Shown here: positions 7,549-21,142 of the stretch, in pieces
Layout of the letters: each line of letters begins with the position of its first letter
Numbering within the stretch: position 1 is the first letter of the stretch
Assembly: GCA_964641355.1 (NCBI GenBank)
Contig: CAZXND010000003.1
Span: 66,903-118,976 of the forward strand
From: an uncultured Gammaproteobacteria bacterium
GTDB lineage: Bacteria; Patescibacteriota; Microgenomatia; Levybacterales; GWA1-39-11
Direction: 5' to 3'
Length of the DNA: 52,074 nt
Program-made: the position numbers and the translations under genes
The notes under the pieces: generated by a model
Told to the model about the DNA's origin: nothing
The model's database searches: none
The model's input: the letters and a program-made list of their open reading frames with translations, nothing else

Positions 7549-9294
7549 TTGTTTTGTTTGGAAAAACTGCCCATGGACGGTCAAAATACGAATCAAAATA
7601 GTATAGCGGCAATATTATTATCTGAGAAACTCCTCGATCCGACAAAATTTTCAGAATTGAAAATTGAATCTGCAAATAAAAATATAAGTATTGATCGATT
7701 ACTTTTAGATTCAAAGTTGGTGGGGGAGGATAAATACTATGAAGCTAGATCAAAACTCATTGGTGTACCTTTCGTATCTGTAGCTCTTCTTCCTTTTTCT
7801 CCACAGGCCTTAAGCTTCATACAAAAACCCGTAGCAGAAAGGTTCCATCTTATACCATTTCTTTTCGATAAACAGGACAACTCTCTTTCCATTGCGATGG
7901 CAGACCCACTAGACATCGAAGCGCTAAATTTCATAAAGCAAAAAACAGGACTAACCATAAAGGTCTTCCAAGGTATTCCAAGTGAAATAGCAGATAGTAT
8001 TGCTACTCAATACACCTTTGGCCTTGTTACAGAAGTTAAGGAAGCGGTCAAAGAAACAGAAGAAGTTTCTCAAATTAAAACATTTGATAAAGATTCAATT
8101 TCGGAAGTAATTAAAGAAGCACCAATTGCAAAAATTGTTTCAACTATTCTTGAGTACGCTGTCAAATCGAGAGCATCTGATGTACACATAGAACCTGAAG
8201 AGGATAGAGTAAGAGTAAGATATAGAATTGACGGAATTCTTTATGAAAGACTTTCTCTTCCTACATCTGTTAAAGAAGCTGTAATTTCAAGAGTGAAAAT
8301 CTTGTCGGGAATGAAAATCGATGAACACAGAACACCTCAAGATGGACGATTCAACTTTAAGTTTGGAGATGAGGAAGTAGATCTTCGTGTAAGCGATCTT
8401 CCAACTGTATTCGGCGAAAAAATAGTCATGAGACTTCTTAAAAAGTCGGGTGGAGTACCCACTCTTGAAGAGTTGGGGTTACGAGGCCCGGCGCTTCGTA
8501 ATTTAGAAGCAGCAATTTTGAGACCTCACGGCATTATTATCGTCTGTGGACCAACTGGAAGCGGAAAAACAACAACCTTATATTCTGTCTTAACCAAGTT
8601 AAATACTACACGCGTCAACATATTAACACTTGAGGATCCAGTTGAATATCAAATGATGGGAGTGAACCAAGTGCAAATAAACCCTGACGTTGGACTTACA
8701 TTTGCAACTGGACTTAGAGCTTTTCTAAGACAAGATCCAAATATTATTCTTGTTGGAGAAATACGAGATAAAGAAACTACAGAGCTCGCTATCCAAGCAG
8801 CTTTAACTGGACATTTAGTATTTTCCACTCTTCACACATCAAGCGCAGCAGGATCATTGCCAAGACTTATTGAAATGGGAGCGGAAACTTTTCTTTTGTC
8901 ATCGACTATGACCGCAGCTCTTGGTCAAAGAATTGCAAGAAAGATTTGTAGCCAATGTAAGGAAGAATATGCCCCGTCACGCGAGATTCTTGAAGAAATA
9001 AAAAAAACTCTTGGAGATTTATTCCCTAAAAAAAATGACTCAGATGTAAAATTATACAAAGGTAAAGGATGCGATTATTGTGGCCAATCAGGATATTTTG
9101 GAAGAGTAGGCATTTTTGAGGTAATGGTTGTCTCAGACTCCATCTCAAAACTCATTCTCCAAAAAGCAGATGCACTAACAATCGAGGCAGAAGCAAGACA
9201 CCAAGGAATGATAACGATGAAACAAGATGGATACTTGAAAGTGCTTGATGGATTTTCAACAATAGATGAGATATTAAGAGTTGCACAAGAATAA
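7549..9294 (+). CDS. pilB: Type IV pilus assembly ATPase PilB (GspE family)
   Basis: Walker A GPTGSGKTTT and the tetracysteine motif CSQCKEEY...CDYCGQSGY are present, with an N-terminal GSPII-like domain. The start is TTG at 7549 (SD-like AGGGG upstream) or ATG at 7573. Confidence 0.95.
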   Translation: MFCLEKLPMDGQNTNQNSIAAILLSEKLLDPTKFSELKIESANKNISIDRLLLDSKLVGEDKYYEARSKLIGVPFVSVALLPFSPQALSFIQKPVAERFHLIPFLFDKQDNSLSIAMADPLDIEALNFIKQKTGLTIKVFQGIPSEIADSIATQYTFGLVTEVKEAVKETEEVSQIKTFDKDSISEVIKEAPIAKIVSTILEYAVKSRASDVHIEPEEDRVRVRYRIDGILYERLSLPTSVKEAVISRVKILSGMKIDEHRTPQDGRFNFKFGDEEVDLRVSDLPTVFGEKIVMRLLKKSGGVPTLEELGLRGPALRNLEAAILRPHGIIIVCGPTGSGKTTTLYSVLTKLNTTRVNILTLEDPVEYQMMGVNQVQINPDVGLTFATGLRAFLRQDPNIILVGEIRDKETTELAIQAALTGHLVFSTLHTSSAAGSLPRLIEMGAETFLLSSTMTAALGQRIARKICSQCKEEYAPSREILEEIKKTLGDLFPKKNDSDVKLYKGKGCDYCGQSGYFGRVGIFEVMVVSDSISKLILQKADALTIEAEARHQGMITMKQDGYLKVLDGFSTIDEILRVAQE

Positions 9295-9297
9295 TAT

Positions 9298-10365
9298 ATG
9301 ACAATTCAAGACTTATTTGAAAAAACTGTTGAAAATCATGCATCCGATCTGCATTTATTGGCCTCTGTTCCCCCAGTTCTTAGAATCGATGGAAGACTCA
9401 TGCTTATATCTTCTTTCCCACCTCTAACAAGTGCAGAAATAGAAAATCTTGCCTTCTCGATCATGACACCTCAACAAAAAGAAATGCTTATAAATGATAG
9501 AAGTATAGATTTTTCTTATGGTTACGGTGGGGGAAATTACGGAGATAAGGGACGATTTCGTATAAATTTATTTTATCAAAGAAATACGCTAGCAGGCGCC
9601 TTCAGATTACTTCCACCAAATGTAAAAACTGTTGATGAATTAAAACTTCCCAACATTTGTCATAGTTTTGCAGATTTAAAACAAGGCCTTATTTTAGTTA
9701 CTGGCCCCACAGGTCATGGAAAATCGACAACTATGGCTGCGATTATAAACGAGATTAATATGAAAAGGGCTTCAAACATTATCACTGTTGAAGATCCTAT
9801 TGAATATGTTTACCCCCCAGGGAAAAGCATCATTGCTCAAAGAGAATTAGGAATTGATACCCATACTTGGGGAGATGCCCTGCGAGGCGTACTACGTGAA
9901 GATCCAGATGTAGTATTGGTCGGAGAAATGCGTGACCCAGAAAGTATTGCTTCAGCAATAACTGTTGCAGAAACTGGACATTTAGTATTTTCCACTCTTC
10001 ACACAAATTCTGCATCGCAAAGTATCGATAGAATAATAGATTCATTTCCCGAACATCAACAGAATCAGGTTAGATCTCAACTCGCCGAATCTCTTGCTGC
10101 AATAATTTCACAAAGATTAATTCCCAAAATTGATGGGGGCAGGGTAGTGGCTACCGAAATTTTATTGAACAGCAATGCTATTAAAGCAAATATTCGAGAA
10201 GGCAAAACACATCTTATTGATTCGACCCTCCAGAATTCGCAAGAAGCAGGAATGATACCTTTGGAAGTATCTCTTGCTAATTTAGTAAAAGAAGGCTTGA
10301 TAACACTTGACACTGCAAAAGCATATGCTCTCCGCCAAGAAGCACTAGCAAGACTTGTTTCTTAA
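9298..10365 (+). CDS. pilT: Twitching-motility retraction ATPase PilT
   Basis: 355 aa with Walker A GPTGHGKSTT and the typical PilT blocks ITVEDPIEY and GHLVFSTLHTNSA. Confidence 0.95.
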   Translation: MTIQDLFEKTVENHASDLHLLASVPPVLRIDGRLMLISSFPPLTSAEIENLAFSIMTPQQKEMLINDRSIDFSYGYGGGNYGDKGRFRINLFYQRNTLAGAFRLLPPNVKTVDELKLPNICHSFADLKQGLILVTGPTGHGKSTTMAAIINEINMKRASNIITVEDPIEYVYPPGKSIIAQRELGIDTHTWGDALRGVLREDPDVVLVGEMRDPESIASAITVAETGHLVFSTLHTNSASQSIDRIIDSFPEHQQNQVRSQLAESLAAIISQRLIPKIDGGRVVATEILLNSNAIKANIREGKTHLIDSTLQNSQEAGMIPLEVSLANLVKEGLITLDTAKAYALRQEALARLVS

Positions 10366-10368
10366 TTT

Positions 10369-13556
<3,188 letters not shown>

Positions 13557-13569
13557 GGAGGTGATTATA

Positions 13570-14085
13570 ATGAGTAATATAACAGCGGGAGAAAAAGCTC
13601 CCGAATTAGTAAATGTTGTAATTGAAGTTCCACTTGATAGTAGAGTGAAGTATGAACTCGATCACGAAACAAATATGATATTTGTAGATAGATTTTTATT
13701 TTTTGACAAAGGTTACCCAGCAAATTATGGATTTATTCCAGAAACCTTATCAGGAGATGGTGATCCAGTTGATGTTTTAGTCTTATCACCTTTACCTGTA
13801 AATCCCGGCGTTGTCATAACAGCAAAACCAATAGGAATGCTTGAGACAGAAGATGAAAAAGGACAAGACGCAAAGCTCATAGCTGTTCCACCTGAAAAGG
13901 TTAATCCAGATTTTGGTAAATACAATGATATAAACGATGTTCCTGAGGAGATAAAAGAAAAAATAAAGTTCTTTTTTGAAAACTATAAAAAAAACGAACC
14001 CGGAAAATGGGTTAAGGTCAAAGAGTGGAAGGGAAAAGAAGATGCGATCGCCGAAATAAAATCGGCAATGGAGAGAAAAGGATAG
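13570..14085 (+). CDS. ppa: Inorganic pyrophosphatase (family I)
   Basis: VVIEVPLDSRVKYELD and YPANYGFIPETLSGDGDPVDVLVL are present. A strong SD, AAGGAGG at 13555-13561, lies 8 nt upstream of the ATG at 13570. Confidence 0.95.
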   Translation: MSNITAGEKAPELVNVVIEVPLDSRVKYELDHETNMIFVDRFLFFDKGYPANYGFIPETLSGDGDPVDVLVLSPLPVNPGVVITAKPIGMLETEDEKGQDAKLIAVPPEKVNPDFGKYNDINDVPEEIKEKIKFFFENYKKNEPGKWVKVKEWKGKEDAIAEIKSAMERKG

Positions 14086-14086
14086 G

Positions 14087-14135
14087 ATCACACGAACCTC
14101 GAGGTTAGTGATAACCAGTGGGTTTTTGTTATTTT
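14087..14135 (+). terminator. Hairpins plus a T-tract after ppa
   Basis: The hairpin ATCAC-acg-AACCTCGAGGTT-a-GTGAT (14087-14112) is followed by AACC-agtg-GGTT and TTTTTGTTATTTT. Confidence 0.5.
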
Positions 14136-14147
14136 ATTTGACTTAAA

Positions 14148-16685
14148 ATGGATAACCAAATTGGAAAGTTAGAACATATTGAGATTACAGAAGAAGCTAA
14201 AAAAGCGTATCTTGATTACGCTATGTCTGTTATCGTAGCACGTGCACTTCCAGACGTTCGCGATGGATTAAAACCAGTACACAGACGAATCCTCTATGCA
14301 ATGCATGAAATGGGACTTAACCCAACTGCTAAGTTTGCTAAATCCGCAAAAATCGTAGGAGAGACGATGGGTAAATATCATCCTCACGGAGATATGGCAA
14401 TTTATGATGCACTTGTCAGATTGGCACAGGATTTTGCCATGAGATATCCACTTGTACATGGCCAAGGTAATTTTGGGTCGATGGATGGAGACCCTGCAGC
14501 TGCCATGAGATATACGGAGGCAAAACTCGCACAACTTGCAAGTGAAATGCTTTTTGATATTGATAAAGAAACCGTAGAGTTCCTAGATAATTTCGATGGC
14601 ACGATTAAGGAACCGGTTTTTCTTCCGGCAAAATTACCCAACCTTCTTCTTATGGGGAGTGAGGGGATTGCCGTCGGTATGGCAACAAAAATTCCTCCTC
14701 ATAATCTTTTGGAAGTTGCTGATGCAATATTCTACACAATTGACAAAACCAAGGCTCTAAAACAAGAGGACGGTAGAGTAGTGTTAAATTCGGAATTAAC
14801 AATTGATGAATTATTAGAATATATAAAAGGCCCAGACTTCCCAACTGGTGGTGCAATTTACGACGTAAATGAAATAAAAAATGTTTATAGAACTGGTAGG
14901 GGAAGAATTATCATAAGAGGAATAGCCGATATCGAGGACATTGGACAAGGAAAGAACGCTATTATTATTAGAGAAATTCCTTACCAAGTTAACAAGTCAG
15001 CACTAGTTGCAAAAATTGCAGAACTTGCAAAAGATAAAAAACTTGAAGGAATTTCAGACCTAAGAGACGAATCAGATAGACACGGTGTTAGAATTGTTGT
15101 AGAGCTTAAAAGAGATACGTCGCCAAGAAAGGTATTAAATAATCTTTACAAAGCAACTTCTCTTCAAACAGTTTTTCCTGCAAATTTTGTAGGTCTTGTA
15201 GAAGGAATTCCAAGAACCCTCAACTTAAAAACCATACTTGACGAGTACGTAAAACATAGGTTCAGCGTTGTGACTAAAAGATCTGAATTCGAACTTCGAC
15301 AAGCCGAAGCAAGGCTTCACATCCTAGATGGACTCCTTATAGCTGTAAGGAATATTGATGCTGTCGTAGATACAATTAGAAAATCAAAAAATGCAGACGA
15401 AGCTAAGACAAACCTTATGGAGAGATTTAAGCTTACTGAAATTCAAGCAGTTGCCATTCTTGATATGCAACTTCGACGTCTTGCAGCACTTGAACGCGAG
15501 AAACTTGAAGAAGAGTGGAAGATGGTTAAAGAAACAATAGACTACCTTAAATCACTCCTCGGAGATCCCGCAAAAATTCTTGCTGTTATAAAAGATGAAC
15601 TGTTAAAAGTGAAAGATAAGTTTGGTGATGAGAGAAAAACAAAGGTTTATAAATCAAAAGTAGATGAGTTTAGCGAAGAAGACCTAATTCAAAATGAACC
15701 TACAGTTATCACGATTACAAAAACTGGTTATGTGAAAAGACAAAGTTTAACAAGTTTTAAGGTTCAAAAACGCGGTGGAAAAGGAATAATAGGAATGACC
15801 ACAAAAGAAGATGACGCGCTGGAATATATTCTTTATTCTGAAACCCACGATCATATAATCTTCTTCACTAATCTTGGAAAAGTTTATCAAACAAGAGTTT
15901 TTGAAATAGGAGAGGGTGCCCGAGTCGGAAAAGGACAAGCAATCGTTAATCTTATAGATATAGAGTCTACTGAGACGGTAAATTCAGTACTCTCATACAA
16001 TCCAAAAGATAAAGAAAATACAAAATATGTTCTTATGGTAACCAAAAAGGGAGTTGTTAAAAAAACATCGATTGAAGAGTTCGGTAATATAAGAAGAAGA
16101 GGAATTCTTGCAATAAAAATCGATCCAGGAGATTCTCTTTCCTGGGTAAACTTCACCAGCGGAAATGACGACGTTCTTTTGGTAACTAAAAACGGAAAAA
16201 TCATAAGTTTTCATGAAAAGCAAATCAGACCAACCGGAAGATCTAGCATGGGTGTAAGAGGAATAAAGCTTGTCGGAGATGATGAGGTTGTTGCAATGGA
16301 TGTATTAAGGCCTCTTGACGAAACAATGAAAGAGGACGGAAAAGGCGCTGAAAAAATAACCAAAAAAGAGGATAAAACACTTCTTGTTATAACCGAAAAG
16401 GGTATAGGTAAAAAAACGCGTGTAACTGAATTCAGAAATCAAAACAGAGGGGGGCAAGGAATTAGAGTGGCTAATATAACCGATAAAACAGGAAAAATTG
16501 CATATTCAACAATTGTTCCTGAAAAGTCTCAAGAACTCATTATGACATCTGAAAAAGGACAAGTCGTAAAAATTGGGATACATTCAATTCCCCTTTTGTC
16601 ACGCAATGCGGCAGGAGTCATTTTAATGCGATTTTCAAAAGCAAACGATCTTATCGCCGCTGCCACATGCATCGAAGAAGAGTAG
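14148..16685 (+). CDS. gyrA: DNA gyrase subunit A
   Basis: [33 protein letters not shown], the catalytic-Tyr context [10 protein letters not shown] and a C-terminal beta-pinwheel repeat region are present. Confidence 0.98.
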   Translation: MDNQIGKLEHIEITEEAKKAYLDYAMSVIVARALPDVRDGLKPVHRRILYAMHEMGLNPTAKFAKSAKIVGETMGKYHPHGDMAIYDALVRLAQDFAMRYPLVHGQGNFGSMDGDPAAAMRYTEAKLAQLASEMLFDIDKETVEFLDNFDGTIKEPVFLPAKLPNLLLMGSEGIAVGMATKIPPHNLLEVADAIFYTIDKTKALKQEDGRVVLNSELTIDELLEYIKGPDFPTGGAIYDVNEIKNVYRTGRGRIIIRGIADIEDIGQGKNAIIIREIPYQVNKSALVAKIAELAKDKKLEGISDLRDESDRHGVRIVVELKRDTSPRKVLNNLYKATSLQTVFPANFVGLVEGIPRTLNLKTILDEYVKHRFSVVTKRSEFELRQAEARLHILDGLLIAVRNIDAVVDTIRKSKNADEAKTNLMERFKLTEIQAVAILDMQLRRLAALEREKLEEEWKMVKETIDYLKSLLGDPAKILAVIKDELLKVKDKFGDERKTKVYKSKVDEFSEEDLIQNEPTVITITKTGYVKRQSLTSFKVQKRGGKGIIGMTTKEDDALEYILYSETHDHIIFFTNLGKVYQTRVFEIGEGARVGKGQAIVNLIDIESTETVNSVLSYNPKDKENTKYVLMVTKKGVVKKTSIEEFGNIRRRGILAIKIDPGDSLSWVNFTSGNDDVLLVTKNGKIISFHEKQIRPTGRSSMGVRGIKLVGDDEVVAMDVLRPLDETMKEDGKGAEKITKKEDKTLLVITEKGIGKKTRVTEFRNQNRGGQGIRVANITDKTGKIAYSTIVPEKSQELIMTSEKGQVVKIGIHSIPLLSRNAAGVILMRFSKANDLIAAATCIEEE

Positions 16686-16697
16686 TAACCTCAATTT

Positions 16698-16712
16698 TGA
16701 TATAATTCAACC
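16698..16712 (+). promoter_or_regulatory. Extended -10 promoter abutting the folD start
   Basis: TG-A-TATAAT (16698-16706), tcaacc, then ATG at 16713. Confidence 0.55.
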
Positions 16713-17528
16713 ATGAGAATAGATGGTAAAGTAATTGCCCAAAAAATAACAGCTCAACTTAAGACTGAAGTTGAAAAGTTAAACTCCAAAAATATATTTC
16801 CAAAACTCGCAATAATAACATTAGGACAAGAGGATGAGTGGAATACATACATTAGACAAAAAATAAAACTTGGAAACAAACTTGGTATCACAACAGAATT
16901 AATAAATTTGACTCGAACAAGCGAAAGCGAGCTTACCAACCTAATAGAACTTTTGGATCGAACAGAAAGTGTTCATGGAATTATTGTTCAAAGACCAATA
17001 CCAGAGGACATTGATAGAAGCAGGATAATTAATTCAATAAGTTCTAAAAAAGATGTTGATGGTTTTAGAATTGATTCAGAATTTGAAGTCCCTGTCTTTC
17101 TCGCAGTAAAAAAAGCTTTAGAGGAAGTTACCAGAGAAGATATTATTTCTTGGTTGAAGGGGAAAAATGTTTTAATTCTTGGCAAAGGAGAAACTGCAGG
17201 GGGACCTATAGAACGAGGTTTTAAAAAAATGGGAATCCAACCAAATATAGCTGACTCAAAAACCGAAAATAAGGACTTCTTGTTAAAAAAAGCTGATATT
17301 GTGATCTCTTGTGTCGGCAAGAAAATCATTAACCCTGAAAATCTAAAAAGCGGAGTAATACTTATCGGAGTAGGGCTCTATCGAGGAGAGGATGAGAAGC
17401 TTCATGGAGACTACGATGAGCAAGAAATCAAAAATACCGCCTCATTTTATACACCAACTCCTGGTGGAATAGGACCAATCAACCTTGCTTATTTATTCGA
17501 AAACTTAATTAATTCTGCAAAAATTTAA
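16713..17528 (+). CDS. folD: Bifunctional methylenetetrahydrofolate dehydrogenase/cyclohydrolase
   Basis: 271 aa with HGIIVQRPIP, KDVDGF and TPTPGGIGP blocks typical of FolD. Confidence 0.93.
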   Translation: MRIDGKVIAQKITAQLKTEVEKLNSKNIFPKLAIITLGQEDEWNTYIRQKIKLGNKLGITTELINLTRTSESELTNLIELLDRTESVHGIIVQRPIPEDIDRSRIINSISSKKDVDGFRIDSEFEVPVFLAVKKALEEVTREDIISWLKGKNVLILGKGETAGGPIERGFKKMGIQPNIADSKTENKDFLLKKADIVISCVGKKIINPENLKSGVILIGVGLYRGEDEKLHGDYDEQEIKNTASFYTPTPGGIGPINLAYLFENLINSAKI

Positions 17529-17589
17529 TACAGGATCATTTCCCCGTTGACTGTAAGAAAAAAGTTGTATAGACTAATATCTCAGGAGC

Positions 17590-17907
17590 ATGGTAGCAGT
17601 AGAGAGCCGAATAAATCCTGAAAGAAACGATAACCACAATCCCACTAATGGCCACGCTCACGATATTTCTCCTCAAGAATTTCTAGAAAGATTTCCATCA
17701 TTGAATCTAAACGAAGTAAATAGGTTTGAAGAAAGAAGAAAGAAAAAGACCCCACAAGATCCAACCCCTCTTAATACCTTCGTTGATCGAGTAGGACACC
17801 TCCCAGAAGTCTATAGACCCCTATTTATTAATAGAGCAATGTCTGGTATACTTCGCCCTGGAATAGAAGTTGTATTAATTCCGAAAGAAGAAGATGGCAA
17901 ATCATGA
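17590..17907 (+). CDS. Hypothetical protein upstream of pyrB
   Basis: 105-aa ORF overlapping pyrB by 14 nt with no recognisable family. TAATAT at 17575-17580 lies 9 nt before the ATG. Confidence 0.35.
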   Translation: MVAVESRINPERNDNHNPTNGHAHDISPQEFLERFPSLNLNEVNRFEERRKKKTPQDPTPLNTFVDRVGHLPEVYRPLFINRAMSGILRPGIEVVLIPKEEDGKS

Positions 17908-18916
17908 ATTAAGCTTTACACCACAAGAAGCCTTATCCTCGACTCCAAAAACTCCAGAAAAAATTGGTGGAAATTTTGTAGGAAAGGATATTATTTCTCT
18001 TAAGCAATTTGATAAAGACTCAATAAACACTCTCTTTAAAGTAGTTCCTAAAATGAAAGATATATATAGAGCGGTAGAATCAAGTGACATACTTGAAGGT
18101 ACAAGGGTAGTTTCCATTTTTTTTGAACCATCCACGAGAACACGAGGAACCTTTGAAGCAGCTATAACACAATTAGGTGGGCAATTCATGGGAATAGATC
18201 AACCGAAGGAATTTTCATCAATGGCGAAAGGTGAGGATTTTGAGGATTCGATGTTGTTTTATGAAATGTTTGGAGATGCAATAATCATTAGACACCCTGA
18301 TGTTGGCGCGGCTCAAAGAGCCGCAGATGTTGTAAGAGTTCCAGTAATTAATGCGGGGGATGGAATAGGCGAACATCCAACTCAAGCTTTACTCGATCTT
18401 TACACAATCAAAGAAAATGCTGGAAAATTAGGAGGCTTGACTGGACTAATGGCAGGGGATATTAAAAATGGAAGGACTGTGCACTCGCTCCTTGATGGAC
18501 TTTCGCTTTACCCAGATAACACAATCTATCTTTTATCTCCCGATCTCTTAAAGCTTGAGCCTCAAAAACTGAATGAGTGGAGAAAGAAAGGCTTGAAGAT
18601 CGAAGAGATTGAAAACCAAAGCGACATACCTAAAGATGCCGATTTTTGGTACTGGACTCGAGTTCAAAGAGAAAGATTCAAAGGTGAAGAAGAGTATAAA
18701 GCAGTGAAAAATCAGTTTGTGCTAAATGAAGCTCTCGTAGAAGAAAAGGCAGGAACAAAAACCATTTTTATGCACCCCATGCCGCGAGTTGGAGAAATAG
18801 ATAAAGGAGTAGACCGAGATCCTAGAGCTGTTTACTTAACTTCTCAGCCAAGAAATGGTATATATACAAGAATGGCGCTTATGGCTCTAGTTCTTGGCCG
18901 AATTAGACCGTACTAA
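17894..18916 (+). CDS. pyrB: Aspartate carbamoyltransferase catalytic subunit
   Basis: The motifs STRTRGTFEAA, HPTQALLDL and HPMPR are present. Confidence 0.93.
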   Translation: MANHELSFTPQEALSSTPKTPEKIGGNFVGKDIISLKQFDKDSINTLFKVVPKMKDIYRAVESSDILEGTRVVSIFFEPSTRTRGTFEAAITQLGGQFMGIDQPKEFSSMAKGEDFEDSMLFYEMFGDAIIIRHPDVGAAQRAADVVRVPVINAGDGIGEHPTQALLDLYTIKENAGKLGGLTGLMAGDIKNGRTVHSLLDGLSLYPDNTIYLLSPDLLKLEPQKLNEWRKKGLKIEEIENQSDIPKDADFWYWTRVQRERFKGEEEYKAVKNQFVLNEALVEEKAGTKTIFMHPMPRVGEIDKGVDRDPRAVYLTSQPRNGIYTRMALMALVLGRIRPY

Positions 18917-18917
18917 A

Positions 18918-19970
18918 ATGGTTACATTTCCGGGACTTATTGATCCACACGTTCATCTTAGAGACCCTGATACTACTCAAAAAGAAGATTTTACAACTGG
19001 CACAGAGGCAGCACTTGCTGGCGGATATACTACAGTTTTAGATATGCCTAATAATAAAATTCCAATAACAAGCCTCGATTTGTTAAATAAAAAGTCCACC
19101 ATTGCAAAGAAAAAAATAGTTTGCGACGTAGGATTTTACTTCGGTTCTTTGGGAGATAATTTATCAGAGTTCAGAAAAGTAGGGAAGAAAGTTATTGGAC
19201 TAAAGCTTTATCTAAATGAAACAACAGGAAATTTTTTAATTAACAGAAATAAGTTAAGTAAGATTTTCAAAGCATGGGAAACCACAAATCGTCCAATCTT
19301 AGTTCATGCAGAAGATGATGCAATAGCTTCAGTTATCGAAGTTGCAAAAAAAACCAGTGTACACGTTCATTTTTGTCATATAAGCCTTGCAAGAGACCTA
19401 AAACAAATAATGAATGCAAAAGATCAAAATATTAAAGTCTCATGTGGGGTGACCCCTCATCATTTATTTCTAACAGAAAATGATACAAAAGCACTTGGAC
19501 CATTCGCCTTAATGAAACCACTTTTAAAATCTAAAAAGAATGTCGATTTTTTATGGAAAAATTTAAAATATATAGACATAATAGAATCCGACCACGCTCC
19601 CCATACAATTGAGGAGAAGAGGAGAGTAGCGCCATTTGGTGTTCCAGGACTTGAAACAACACTACCACTACTCTTGACTGAAGTTTCTAAAGGAAAATTA
19701 TCGCTTTGGGATGTTGCTCGACTTTTGTATTTTGGTCCATCAAGAATTTTTGGAATAACTCATCCGACAAATACAAAAATTGAGCTTGATCTTGAAAAAA
19801 AGTGGACGATCAGAAATAAAAATTTAAAAACAAAATGTAAATGGTCTCCTTTTGACGGATGGGATGTGCAGGGTAGAGTGATGCGTTCTTTTATTCGAGG
19901 TGAAAAGGTATTTGAAAATGGGAAAATTTTAGCGAAAAAAGGATCAGGAAGTGTAATAAAAGTTGGTTAG
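18918..19970 (+). CDS. pyrC: Dihydroorotase-like amidohydrolase
   Basis: MVTFPGLIDPHVHLRDP carries the HxH metal motif, and ESDHAPH occurs later. The ATG at 18918 starts 1 nt after the pyrB stop. Confidence 0.85.
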   Translation: MVTFPGLIDPHVHLRDPDTTQKEDFTTGTEAALAGGYTTVLDMPNNKIPITSLDLLNKKSTIAKKKIVCDVGFYFGSLGDNLSEFRKVGKKVIGLKLYLNETTGNFLINRNKLSKIFKAWETTNRPILVHAEDDAIASVIEVAKKTSVHVHFCHISLARDLKQIMNAKDQNIKVSCGVTPHHLFLTENDTKALGPFALMKPLLKSKKNVDFLWKNLKYIDIIESDHAPHTIEEKRRVAPFGVPGLETTLPLLLTEVSKGKLSLWDVARLLYFGPSRIFGITHPTNTKIELDLEKKWTIRNKNLKTKCKWSPFDGWDVQGRVMRSFIRGEKVFENGKILAKKGSGSVIKVG

Positions 19971-21070
19971 ATTTTAAATCTTTCAATCTGTTCATAAGCT
20001 GCTGCGATTCTTTGCTTTATTTCAATTGCAAGATTTGAATTCCACATTGATCCAGTTGCACTCATCACACTATCTGCACCGGACTTTAAATATTCAAAAT
20101 AATCATCAGGGTCGGTAACTCCTCCAACACCCTCAATGGAAAATTTAAACCCTAATTCTCCTTTTATTCTGCTGAGTCTTCTCACTGTATCAAGTCCCGC
20201 CCATTTAATTGCTGTTCCACAGACGCCAGATTTTAACCTTTTTTCTCCTGGGAGCGCCTGTTTACCATCTTTATCAACTATTGAAACTTGAAGAGTATTA
20301 ATTCCTGAAACGGAATCTATATATTCATTGGCGATTTCAGCAAGTTTTCTTAAATCGCTATCTTTTTCAAAGTATCCTATTTTAATCACAAGAGGAGTGC
20401 TTCCAATAGCATTTCGTATTCCTTTTACAAGTTTTTCGGTAACTTCTAAATTGTAGCAAACAAGGCCTTCATTTCCTATGTTAGGACATGATAAATTCGC
20501 CTCAAGAACTTTAGCTCCTGTTTCTTTTGCAAGTCGGCCTGCAAGAATAAAATCATCGATAAACTCTTTCTGAGTTTGGTTTGGCTTCACTGTACCCATA
20601 AAACTTAACACCATTACTTGACCTTTTCCTTCATATGAAATCGCGCGCTTCACGTCCTCTTGCCAGAGAGATGGATCGCGTGACGGAACACCAAAAGAAT
20701 TAGTAATGGAAAGTGGTTCATGAAAATTTACGTCCGCCACAAGATCCTGTCTTGCTTTCTCCATAGTTAAATCTCCTTCAATAGCTACGGATAGGATGTT
20801 TGGGAAAGGGTGGCAGGGAAATGAGCTTGCTCTAACTGTCTTATACACAGCTATATCAAACCCTTTTTTAAATGCCGCTTTAACAAAATTAGAATTCAAA
20901 AGAGGACCCGCTGGTATTCCGAAAGGAAGATGAACTTTATAACCTAAGAAGTCGTATTGTGGCTCAGTATCTTGATTGAAAATTTCATCATTGGAAAAAT
21001 CTCCAAACGGCCCATCTTTATAATTTTCTTCATAGGTTTTTTTTGGATCATAAAAAGGAGTTGTGAGCAT
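19967..21070 (-). CDS. pyrD: Dihydroorotate dehydrogenase family protein (class 1-like, Cys active site)
   Basis: It has a TIM-barrel flavoenzyme pattern with NLSCPN and GGVTDPDD blocks. It converges on pyrC with a 4-nt overlap. Confidence 0.75.
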   Translation of the reverse strand: MLTTPFYDPKKTYEENYKDGPFGDFSNDEIFNQDTEPQYDFLGYKVHLPFGIPAGPLLNSNFVKAAFKKGFDIAVYKTVRASSFPCHPFPNILSVAIEGDLTMEKARQDLVADVNFHEPLSITNSFGVPSRDPSLWQEDVKRAISYEGKGQVMVLSFMGTVKPNQTQKEFIDDFILAGRLAKETGAKVLEANLSCPNIGNEGLVCYNLEVTEKLVKGIRNAIGSTPLVIKIGYFEKDSDLRKLAEIANEYIDSVSGINTLQVSIVDKDGKQALPGEKRLKSGVCGTAIKWAGLDTVRRLSRIKGELGFKFSIEGVGGVTDPDDYFEYLKSGADSVMSATGSMWNSNLAIEIKQRIAAAYEQIERFKI

Positions 21071-21085
21071 GTGTTTACTCTAACA
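21071..21085 (-). promoter_or_regulatory. Extended -10 promoter abutting the pyrD start
   Basis: On the minus strand: TG-T-TAGAGT (21085-21077), AAACAC, then ATG at 21070. Confidence 0.45.
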
Positions 21086-21142
21086 CTAAGGAATTATTAA
21101 CACAATAGTTTTGACAAAAAAAATAAAATTCTTTAAGATAGA

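Noticed and set aside
17529-17893. PyrR-type attenuator upstream of pyrB
   Set aside because: No PyrR binding-loop consensus (UCCAGAGAGG-like) or terminator/antiterminator pair was found, and no pyrR gene is present. The space is occupied by an ORF instead.
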